DNA from: a bacterium
GTDB lineage: Bacteria > Hinthialibacterota > Hinthialibacteria > Hinthialibacterales > Hinthialibacteraceae
Direction: 5' to 3'
DNA length: 14,465 bases
Assembly (NCBI GenBank): GCA_041946805.1
Contig: JBHGBC010000158.1
Span: forward strand, 1-14,465
The position numbers were made by a program, and so were the translations under genes. Below, piece after piece: positions 1-7,497 of this stretch; position 1 is the stretch's first letter; the number at the start of each line of letters is the position of its first letter. The notes under the pieces are model-generated. The model did no database searches, was not told the DNA's origin, and worked only from the letters and a program-made list of their open reading frames with translations.

Positions 1-145
1 ACGGACCTTGGTGTCCGCCCTCATCCCGGCGTGAATGGAATTGATTTTACCTCATTAGGTACGCACTTCCTGGATGAACCATTTTGAATAGTAGCCAAAT
101 CCCTCAGAATATATCGGATTTACCGCCGCAGTTGAAATCTACCAC

Positions 146-1969
146 TCATTTCTTGTCGGAATGGTAGATAGGGATGAATTTCAAGCCGGGCACGCGCGTG
201 CCCTCGTAACGCTTGTAATTGGCCGGCACTGTCAGGTCCGTGAATGCCGCTTGGCCTGGGAGCAGCGTGGAAGGGAGGATGCGGCAAATATTCATGACGA
301 ATATGGCGGTATTGGTTTGATCCAACAGTTTAACCAAAAGAGGATGAACGCCCGGCCGGAGATGAATGGTCTTGGCGGAATGGCCCGGCATCGTGATCGG
401 CTGGTACGTATTTGTGGCATTGTAAATCAATTCACCCCCCAGCCAGGCCGAGCAGGCTTCATCGTGAGTGATCCAGAGCTCGGCATCCTGGTCTTCGGGA
501 ATCGTCACCCAACTAAAGGCGTAAAAGACGTTCCCATCCGAGGATCCATAGTGGGCTTCCAAGTCGATCTTGTCATCGGAAAAACAAATCGGTTCCGTCC
601 AGCCGTTCGCGCCCGGCGTGGCCACGGCCTGCGCGTCCGGAACGCCGAGATAGGACGTTTCCAGACTGGCCCCCTCAAACCGGTTCAGCAACCAAATCCG
701 GTTGTTCATGCCGAAATGCCCCCGGTTGTCCATGCCGGACCGTCTCCGGCCGCGCCGCGTACTTTCCGGGGAGCGTTCGAAATAATACACCGACTCGTCC
801 ACGGAATGCTCGCCCACGACCTGGATTTGAGCCGGATTCATGGCGCCCAAGCCTTCGCGGGCCGCGCTGTATAGATGGGGGACGTCATCGGGATTGAGGC
901 CCATCAGCCGCGCGCACACCGTGTCCACGGCCACCATGTCCACCCCCGCGATCAGCATATTCCGGCGCACCGCGGGATTGTTGGAGGTATTGCCGCGTTC
1001 CTTGCCGACCAGCGCGTCCACCAGGCAGTAATCGGAAGGGGCGATGGCGGCCAGATCGACGATCTCGCGTTCCACCGAATTGGAGTCCGGCCAACCCCGA
1101 TGCAAGGCCGGATCGCCGGGATTTGGTCCACCCCGGCCCTTGTAGACTCCATATTTAGCCCCGGCCGCGACGCCGACCGTGTTTTTCACGCAGAGGGTGA
1201 TTTGCGGGGTATGGATCTTCATGACCGGCACGTTGATCAGCACGTCCGCGTCCAGAATGGACTCGTGAATCCAATACGCGGGAAAGAAGGGAAAGTCGAT
1301 CTTCGCGGGAACCGGTTCCAGGCGGATGCAGCTCAAGGGATCGGCGTACGAACCGAAGTTGGCGTCGAGCAGGGTGATTTGAATCCCATCGGCGGCCAGG
1401 CGTTTCTGCATGTCCCGGTATCCCGCCGTTTCAAAGCCGTCGGCCAACGGCGCGCCTCCATAGTTGTACGGCGTATCGTGCATTTCCGGGGCCAGCCAGG
1501 CGCCGGCCGCCTCGGCCACGGTGATGCTGAGATTGCCCGGCCCTTGGGTTACCATCCAACGGATCAGCCCCTCCACCACGCGCGGATCGGTGTTCGCGCC
1601 GTTTTCTACATCCACGGCTTCCACGACGTTGGGCTTGATCACGACCTTCGCGCCGCCAAACAAGCGTTCTTTGAGTCCTCCCTCCAAGTCCAATACGCGA
1701 TACACCATCGCCAGGATTTGTTCGCCGGACAATGGTGTGGTCAAGGAAACCGGGGAGGCCAACGCGCTGTCATCCGAACGGACCAGCGCCACCTGGGTCG
1801 AATAGTCCGGCGGCAAGCCGTCGCTCTTCAGTTGGGAAACTGGAATGGCCTCGATCCGGGAGGGAGCCTGGAGGGTGGAGGCCAGGTCAATTCCGATCAG
1901 CGCGATAACGCCCAGTATCAATACCAAGCGAAGGAAAAGTGAACGGCGGAAGAAGGAAAATGACATCAT
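146..1969 (-). CDS. DUF362 domain protein with N-terminal signal/TM segment and C-terminal beta-sandwich (PA14-like) domain
   Basis: DUF362-type motifs in order: VVIKPN, TDPRVV, ITVAEA, DVLINVPVMKIH..ITLCVKNTVG, DALVG, DMVAVD. Hydrophobic N-terminus LVLILGVIALIG. The C-terminal YAFSWV..AELWITHDE..WLGGELIY..LRPGVHPLLVKL pattern is beta-sandwich-like. Start moved from GTG 1978 to ATG 1969 because AGGTG lies 6 nt upstream of it. Confidence 0.82.
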   Translation of the reverse strand: MMSFSFFRRSLFLRLVLILGVIALIGIDLASTLQAPSRIEAIPVSQLKSDGLPPDYSTQVALVRSDDSALASPVSLTTPLSGEQILAMVYRVLDLEGGLKERLFGGAKVVIKPNVVEAVDVENGANTDPRVVEGLIRWMVTQGPGNLSITVAEAAGAWLAPEMHDTPYNYGGAPLADGFETAGYRDMQKRLAADGIQITLLDANFGSYADPLSCIRLEPVPAKIDFPFFPAYWIHESILDADVLINVPVMKIHTPQITLCVKNTVGVAAGAKYGVYKGRGGPNPGDPALHRGWPDSNSVEREIVDLAAIAPSDYCLVDALVGKERGNTSNNPAVRRNMLIAGVDMVAVDTVCARLMGLNPDDVPHLYSAAREGLGAMNPAQIQVVGEHSVDESVYYFERSPESTRRGRRRSGMDNRGHFGMNNRIWLLNRFEGASLETSYLGVPDAQAVATPGANGWTEPICFSDDKIDLEAHYGSSDGNVFYAFSWVTIPEDQDAELWITHDEACSAWLGGELIYNATNTYQPITMPGHSAKTIHLRPGVHPLLVKLLDQTNTAIFVMNICRILPSTLLPGQAAFTDLTVPANYKRYEGTRVPGLKFIPIYHSDKK

Positions 1970-2003
1970 GTTGTTCACCTGAGATGAAGTGTCAATCCAG
2001 CAG

Positions 2004-2032
2004 AATATACGTCATACGCGCCAAATAATCAA
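2004..2032 (-). promoter_or_regulatory. sigma70-type promoter candidate for the 146..1969 gene
   Basis: Minus strand reads TTGATT (2032-2027), 17 nt, TATATT (2009-2004), about 35 nt upstream of the start codon. Confidence 0.5.
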
Positions 2033-2118
2033 TTTTTCGGTTCCTTCGGCGATAGGGTATTCCCCCAGGGAACTCGAACGGTATTCCATCGAATGCATCG
2101 GAGAGATCTTCGCCCATT

Positions 2119-2149
2119 CCCCTCCCCCTCGAAGAGTAGGTTCGGGTGA
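2119..2149. repeat. REP-like repeat family A, degenerate copy
   Basis: cccctccccctcgaagagtaggttcgggtga matches 13758..13788 at 25/31 positions without gaps. Confidence 0.65.
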
Positions 2150-2160
2150 ATAATGAGGCC

Positions 2161-2184
2161 GGGGCGGGCTGACTCGCCCGCCCC
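2161..2184. repeat. GC-rich palindrome (REP-like or terminator-like hairpin) downstream of the propeller gene
   Basis: ggggcgggc-tgactc-gcccgcccc is a perfect 9-bp stem with a 6-nt loop. No U-tract follows on the minus strand. Confidence 0.6.
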
Positions 2185-2272
2185 GTTATTGGCCAGGGAA
2201 AAGGGGTGTTTTTCACGCCTGGAAACCCGCGCCGGTTGATCCACCACTTACTGGGAAACAACCGGCGGGAGC

Positions 2273-3469
2273 TTACTGCCTCATCCAATCCCGCACCGCC
2301 GTGGGATTCCTCAGCGCGTAGAGCGTGCTGTCATCGGAGGACACATACAACGTCCCGTCCGGACCCACCACCGGCGCGGACTCGATGTTGGAATTCGTGG
2401 CAAACCGCCAGAGTTCCTTCCCCTCGCTGGAAAGCGCGTACAATGTTCCATCACTATCGCCGAAGTAGACCGTTCCCTTGCCATCCACGCTGGGAGAACC
2501 GAAAACGAAATACCCCTCCGCGCGGAACGACCATTTTGGATTACCGTCATCCGGATTGACCGCGTACAGCGAGCCGTCCAGGCAGCCGGTATACACCGTG
2601 CCGTCCGTTCCCACGGCCGGGGAGGCAATGATTCCCTTGGGCAAGCGGGTGTACCAGGCGCGTACTCCGTCCGCCAGGTTCACCGCGATCAACGAACCAT
2701 TGGCGGACGCGCAAATCCCCACGTACAACCGTTGGCGGGATGTATCGATGGCGGGCGAGGAAATGATCCGGTGCGAGCCGAGCCGCTGGCTGTCCGTGTA
2801 TGTCCACACTGGCTTGGAAGAATTGAGACTGAATTTATGCACGGCCAAGAAATTTTGAAACGAGGAAGCCTGGGTGGCGAGATAGATGCTGCCTTCCCCG
2901 TCCGCGGCCGGGGCGGAGGAGACCAAGCCGTTGACTTTGGCTTGCCAGCGCATCGTGCCCGCCGGTTCGATGCAATAGAAACCATTGTTCCACGATCCCA
3001 AGAAGGACAGCCCGTCCGGCATGACCAGCGGCGCGCCGAGAATCCGGCGGTCATTGCCCGTGGGGACGGGAAATACCCATTTCAGTGCCCCGTCCGCGCC
3101 CACGGCGTAATAGTGTCCCGACAGATCCGCAAAATAAACCGCGCCGCCGGGCCCGATGGCGGGCGTGCCGTAAATGGATTCCTGGGCCGTATACGTCCAT
3201 TGGGCTTGCCCATCCGGCCCCAGGGCGTATAGCACGCCATCGGTGGAGGCGACATAAATCGAGCCGTCTTCGCCAATTACCGGGGACGCGGTGAGAGACG
3301 ACTTGGCCTTGAATGTCCAAAACACTTCGGGCGCATCGGGCCCGGCCGCGGTGGTGAGCCCCGTCCGCTGGTTGTCATAGTGAAACGCCGGAACCGGATC
3401 CCCCGGCCAAGCGGAGGAGACCACAAGGAGGGCCCCCGCGATGATGTATAACACGTTGCGATTGCTCAT
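2273..3469 (-). CDS. Secreted PQQ-binding-like (BamB-like) beta-propeller repeat protein
   Basis: Eight repeats of W-x-F...(S/T/A)P-x-(I/V)-G-x-DG-x-(I/V)Y...DG-x-LYA. Signal peptide MSNRNVLYIIAGALLVVSSAW. Start ATG 3469 has GGAG 7 nt upstream; the ORF-track start at 3535 overlaps the upstream gene. Confidence 0.88.
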   Translation of the reverse strand: MSNRNVLYIIAGALLVVSSAWPGDPVPAFHYDNQRTGLTTAAGPDAPEVFWTFKAKSSLTASPVIGEDGSIYVASTDGVLYALGPDGQAQWTYTAQESIYGTPAIGPGGAVYFADLSGHYYAVGADGALKWVFPVPTGNDRRILGAPLVMPDGLSFLGSWNNGFYCIEPAGTMRWQAKVNGLVSSAPAADGEGSIYLATQASSFQNFLAVHKFSLNSSKPVWTYTDSQRLGSHRIISSPAIDTSRQRLYVGICASANGSLIAVNLADGVRAWYTRLPKGIIASPAVGTDGTVYTGCLDGSLYAVNPDDGNPKWSFRAEGYFVFGSPSVDGKGTVYFGDSDGTLYALSSEGKELWRFATNSNIESAPVVGPDGTLYVSSDDSTLYALRNPTAVRDWMRQ

Positions 3470-3491
3470 TTTGATTCTCCCAAGGCGCGTA

Positions 3492-4652
3492 TCAGCCGCG
3501 GTCCAATCCCGGCTGGATGAAATACCGGGCGTCATCGATGCTCAAACCGATCACTTCGATCTGGTCCAGATTGTTGGTTCCCAGGTTCCGGTCCGCCGCC
3601 AGCCGCAGGATATTGGAGCAATTGTAGAAGGGTTTGGTCCGGTCGGCGGCGTGGGGATCATATCCCATCACCGAGGCGGTCACCGCATCCGTGCTGACGC
3701 AATTCGTCCCGGCGATCAGCAGGTTGGGAACCGCGATGCCCGTCTGCAGGCCGTTCCACCCCCCCTCTCCCCCGGTCATGGTGACGATGGCGTCGATGAT
3801 CGCGAGATCGATGGGCCGCGCCCGGCAGATATCGGTGACGATGCGGGGCACGCGGAAACCAGGATCATGCGAGGTGACCGGCTGGATTTCTCCGTCCGCC
3901 GCGGGGCGGATATTCCCGTCATGCAAGAGAGTCCGGACTTTCGTGGCCCTTTCGTTTCCCGGATCGGCGTAAAGGGAGTTGGGCGTGATGCCGAACAAGT
4001 TTTTCATCGACAGGGTGATGCCGGCGATGTCATGGTTCTTCATCTTGGCGATCGAAACCATCACGTCCGTATCGGTATACCGGTGATTGAAATTGAACGA
4101 ATTGAAGAGATACGCCCCCTCCCCCACGGACAAAGTGCCATATTTCGTACCGGTCCCCAGGTTGCGGGTGTTTTCCCACTCCAGGTTTTGAATCTGGGAT
4201 TGGAAGAGATCCACATCGTACTTGTGGTTGTTGAATGCCTGGAGAGTCTCGTCATTGGAGGGGAAACTCTCGCAGATGATCATCCGGCGCGCTCCGTATT
4301 CCTGGAACAGCGAGCACGCGGCCAGCACCACCACCGGGTGGGTGTGCACGGTTTCCACGGAACTCAGCGTATAGACCCCCTCCGCCATGTACGAGGTCAG
4401 ATTGACCTTGATGGTCACGGTTTTGCCGTTGACCAGCGCGGGAATGTCCCCAATGCCATCCAACAATTTGGCGAGCGTGGCCCGCACCATCTCGTAATCA
4501 TACCGGCGGCACCGTTCGATGCCCACCTTGGGATAGGTTTGAAACTGGAGGGGCTGCACCGCGCGGGCCGGGCGGGCACTCATCACGGCCGCGCCCAACG
4601 CGGCGGTGGTCTTCAAGAATTTCCGGCGGGAAAGAGAAGTGGAATAGTCCAT
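3492..4652 (-). CDS. Tat-exported DUF362 domain protein
   Basis: Twin-arginine signal SRRKFLK, hydrophobic stretch and ARA cleavage site. DUF362 motifs VTIKVN, THPVVV, ICES, DVMVSIAKMKNH..ITLSMKNLFG, IIDAI..GGEG, VSTDAV. Confidence 0.87.
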   Translation of the reverse strand: MDYSTSLSRRKFLKTTAALGAAVMSARPARAVQPLQFQTYPKVGIERCRRYDYEMVRATLAKLLDGIGDIPALVNGKTVTIKVNLTSYMAEGVYTLSSVETVHTHPVVVLAACSLFQEYGARRMIICESFPSNDETLQAFNNHKYDVDLFQSQIQNLEWENTRNLGTGTKYGTLSVGEGAYLFNSFNFNHRYTDTDVMVSIAKMKNHDIAGITLSMKNLFGITPNSLYADPGNERATKVRTLLHDGNIRPAADGEIQPVTSHDPGFRVPRIVTDICRARPIDLAIIDAIVTMTGGEGGWNGLQTGIAVPNLLIAGTNCVSTDAVTASVMGYDPHAADRTKPFYNCSNILRLAADRNLGTNNLDQIEVIGLSIDDARYFIQPGLDRG

Positions 4653-4676
4653 GGATTCGACCTGCCAAACAGGATG

Positions 4677-4691
4677 CGCAACCAGGTTGCG
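4677..4691. promoter_or_regulatory. Candidate operator (perfect 7-1-7 palindrome)
   Basis: CGCAACC-A-GGTTGCG lies about 25 nt upstream of the Tat-DUF362 start codon. Confidence 0.4.
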
Positions 4692-4924
4692 GAAAAATCC
4701 GTTCGATAATTCAGTAATTATGTCAATAATATATTTTACTTAATAACTCTCATCTTGCTCCCTTATAGGTTAGTGCAGACTTACAATTTTGTCAGTTCTA
4801 TTCATGGATTTGAATTATTTCCATGATGAGGGATTGCAGGATGGATTGATCAAGCCGCTGCGTGCCTTGCTCAATAAGGCATGAATGATAACGAACGGAC
4901 AGGCCGGAGAAATCCACGCCCCTC

Positions 4925-4955
4925 CCCCTCTCTCTCTGGGAGTGAGTCAGGGTGA
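4925..4955. repeat. REP-like repeat family A, degenerate copy
   Basis: cccctctctctctgggagtgagtcagggtga matches 13758..13788 at 26/31 positions without gaps. Confidence 0.65.
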
Positions 4956-4963
4956 TGAATATT

Positions 4964-4989
4964 GTAGGGAAGGATCGGGGTGTCCGCCC
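4964..4989. repeat. Degenerate GTAG-type REP-like element
   Basis: gtaggg...ggtgtccgccc. The 11-mer ggtgtccgccc also occurs at 10..20, inside a cggac/gtccg stem at the window start. Confidence 0.45.
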
Positions 4990-5028
4990 GGATTACTTTT
5001 TCATGATCAGCCTATTACCGCTCCTCAT

Positions 5029-5532
5029 TTATTCTGCCTTCCCCCATCCGGCTTGAATCCGCTTCTCCTCCTCCCGCAACGCGGCTTCGTCCCAGATCTT
5101 CAATATATGGTAGGAGCCGTTGGGCAGAGTGTTGCGGTATTCGGTAAAGAACTCGATCAGGGCGGCGTGTTCCTGGGGAGGCAGGCTGTGTTCCAAGGCC
5201 AGTATGAAATAAGCGGTGTGCATGCGCCCCAGGGTCTTGAAGCAGCGCGTCCCGGTTTCACGCACGGTCCGCAGAAACTCCTCCAGCCCGGGATAATCCA
5301 ACGCCACGAAATACACATGGTCGCCCTTGATCTCCAGATAACTGGGCGCCTGCATGACATCCGCCTCGTTGACGAAACAGCGGAACACGCCGATTTCGGC
5401 GGGGATCGAGCCGAAGCGGTAATCGAGGGTCAGGGGCGGATCGAAGGTGCGCAGGCCCTTGGCGTCGAGCACGTCTTCCAGGCGTTCCATGAAGGTCTTT
5501 GAGGTTTGAGGTTCATTCGGGGCTTCGGTCAA
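5029..5532 (-). CDS. Hypothetical protein, possibly restriction-endonuclease-like (PD-(D/E)XK) fold
   Basis: 167-aa ORF with TTG start, GGAGG 7 nt upstream, 12 nt after the dprA stop. Has a D58-x8-E67-I-K69 motif and Mrr-like flanking segments. The CDS is well supported; the fold is inference. Confidence 0.75.
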   Translation of the reverse strand: MTEAPNEPQTSKTFMERLEDVLDAKGLRTFDPPLTLDYRFGSIPAEIGVFRCFVNEADVMQAPSYLEIKGDHVYFVALDYPGLEEFLRTVRETGTRCFKTLGRMHTAYFILALEHSLPPQEHAALIEFFTEYRNTLPNGSYHILKIWDEAALREEEKRIQAGWGKAE

Positions 5533-5544
5533 CTGTCTTCCTCC

Positions 5545-6849
5545 TTATTCATCCATTCGCTTGAAACGCATGCCGGACCGGCGTTCGATCAATCCTTTTA
5601 ATTCCAAAAGCCCCAGCGCGGAAGAGACGCGGGCCGCCGGCCAGTTGAGTTCCCGGCATATATCGTCGATATGCCGCGCCTCAATGGTCAAGGCAGAGAA
5701 GATAGCCTGCTCATCCCCGTCGAGCGACGCCGCGGGCGGTGGCGGGGCGGCCGGCTTTTGGGGCGCGGGGGAAAGCCCGGCCGGTTTCGCGGGCTTGGAT
5801 TCTCCCGGCGTACCCTCCATCCCATGGGACGAAGCGGCGGGACGGAGCGGGGCGGCCTCGCGGGATCTCTTTTCGCGCGCGGCTTCCCATATTTCCGGCC
5901 CGAGATCCACGCGGGGGATTTTTCCTTGCAGTTCGTTGTTGTAGAAGATGATTTTGTCGGCCAGTTCGCGCAGAATATCCGTGGCCGAGGTGACCAGCGT
6001 GGCCCGCGATTCCTGAATCAGTTTGTTGGTGCCGATGGAGATGCCCCGCTCCACGTCGCCGGGCAGGGCGAAGATTTCCTTGCCTTGTTCGAGGGCATAG
6101 TCGGCGGTGATCAACGCCCCGCTGCGCTCGGGGGCCTCGGCCACCAGCACCCCCAACGACAGGCCGCTGATGATGCGGTTGCGCGGCGGGAAATTGCGTC
6201 CCTGGGGCGCGACATCGTAAAACAATTCGGAGATCAACGCGCCCCGGTTCACGATCTGCTCGGCCAGCAGTGTATGTTCGCGGGGATAGACGAATTTCAG
6301 TCCGTTTCCCATCACCGCCAGGGTCCGTCCCTCCTTGGCGCGCAAGGCGCCCTTGTGGGCGGAGGCGTCGATGCCCCAGGCCAGGCCGCTGACGATGGTG
6401 AGGCCGGCCTCGGCCAGTTCGCAGGCGATCTTGCCCGCCATGCGGCGGCCGCCATCGGTGGCGTGACGCGATCCGACGATACCGAAGGCCAGAATATCCT
6501 GGGGCAGCAGCTTTCCTTTTACATACAGCAGGGCCGGAGTCGCGGGAATGTGGCGCAACGGGTGGGGATATTCGGGATCGGAATACAAGAGGATGGAGAC
6601 GCCCTCGCGTTCGGCCCAGGTCAGCTCCTTGTCGATTTCGCGGTCGAATTCCCCCTGGGCCGCCTGGCGGATGGCCAGTCCGATTTCCTCGCGGAAACCG
6701 GGCACGGCGGCGATCGCGGCCGCGGACGCCTCCAGGGCGGCGCGGATGGAACCGAAATGCTTTTCCAACTTGATGGCCCGCGAACTGCCCATGTGTTTGG
6801 CGCGCAACATGGCCAGCCAAGGATAGAGCTTGTCACGATCCAACTTCAT
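5545..6849 (-). CDS. dprA: DNA-processing protein DprA (Smf)
   Basis: Hallmark motifs YPHPLRHI..PALLYVKG, IVGSR, IVSGLAWGIDASAH, NFPPRNRIISGLS, EAPERSGALITA..ALEQGKEIFALPG, GTNKLI. C-terminal winged helix HIDDI..LLELKG. GGAGG precedes ATG 6849. Confidence 0.96.
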   Translation of the reverse strand: MKLDRDKLYPWLAMLRAKHMGSSRAIKLEKHFGSIRAALEASAAAIAAVPGFREEIGLAIRQAAQGEFDREIDKELTWAEREGVSILLYSDPEYPHPLRHIPATPALLYVKGKLLPQDILAFGIVGSRHATDGGRRMAGKIACELAEAGLTIVSGLAWGIDASAHKGALRAKEGRTLAVMGNGLKFVYPREHTLLAEQIVNRGALISELFYDVAPQGRNFPPRNRIISGLSLGVLVAEAPERSGALITADYALEQGKEIFALPGDVERGISIGTNKLIQESRATLVTSATDILRELADKIIFYNNELQGKIPRVDLGPEIWEAAREKRSREAAPLRPAASSHGMEGTPGESKPAKPAGLSPAPQKPAAPPPPAASLDGDEQAIFSALTIEARHIDDICRELNWPAARVSSALGLLELKGLIERRSGMRFKRMDE

Positions 6850-7038
6850 GGTCTGCCTCCACTGGGTGTCTTCTCATGATACGAACTCCCGTCCGGACGG
6901 ACAAGCACGGCGAACGGACGCGGGGCACGGTTGATTCGTCCCCGATACAATGATAATTTGCCTTACTCTGGGTTAGATCGTTTGAGTCCGAATTCATCCG
7001 TGAATTCCATGATCCACACGAAGGGAGCGTATCCGGCG

Positions 7039-7491
7039 ATGGACCTGGTCGAAATTTTGCGGGGCATGGATATACTGCAAGCGTTCACGGATGACCAGGT
7101 GGCCCGAATCGCCTCCATCGCCCGGTTGGAAACATACGAAAAGGATTCCTGCGTTGAACAGGAAAACAACCGGGCCCGGGCGGTCTACCTCGTCCACAAA
7201 GGCAACGTATCGATCGTCATTAAACTGCCTCCCGACCGGCGTGTGGCCATCTACGTGATCAAGCCGGGCGACCTCTTCGGCTGGTCGGCGGCCGTGGCCC
7301 CCTACCAGATCACTGCCTCCTCGTATTGCCTGGACCCGGTCGAGCTGATCGCGCTGCCGCACGAGGCGCTCCTGGATCTGCTGGCCCGGGATCCCGCCCT
7401 CAAGGCGGTGTTCATGGAAATGATCGCCAAGGTCATCCGCAACCGCCTCAAATACACGCGCATGCAATTGCAATTTCTGTTGCACGGGTGA
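7039..7491 (+). CDS. Stand-alone cyclic-nucleotide-binding-domain (Crp/Fnr sensor-like) protein without HTH
   Basis: cNMP-domain pattern L..MDILQAFTDDQV..IA, VYLVHKGNVSI, IKPGDLFGWSA, followed by a C-helix. 150 aa. Start ATG 7039 has GGGAG upstream. Confidence 0.85.
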   Translation: MDLVEILRGMDILQAFTDDQVARIASIARLETYEKDSCVEQENNRARAVYLVHKGNVSIVIKLPPDRRVAIYVIKPGDLFGWSAAVAPYQITASSYCLDPVELIALPHEALLDLLARDPALKAVFMEMIAKVIRNRLKYTRMQLQFLLHG

Positions 7492-7497
7492 TTGGAT

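Noticed and set aside
161..1942. Long plus-strand ORFs (161..874, 875..1942)
   Set aside because: Antisense shadows of the DUF362 gene, expected in high-GC DNA, with no recognisable motifs.
1936..1969. FRRSLFL as a Tat motif in the first DUF362 protein
   Set aside because: It deviates from S/T-R-R-x-F-L and is more simply a basic n-region; left undecided.
1992..2288. 98-aa and 72-aa intergenic ORFs
   Set aside because: They run through REP-like repeats and a promoter candidate, with no protein-like features.
3441..4709. 422-aa plus-strand ORF
   Set aside because: In-register antisense of the Tat-DUF362 gene; no independent evidence of coding.
5671..6879. 402-aa plus-strand ORF and 369-aa alternate-frame minus-strand ORF
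   Set aside because: Both overlap the unambiguous dprA and have shadow-type, Arg/Gly/Pro-rich composition.
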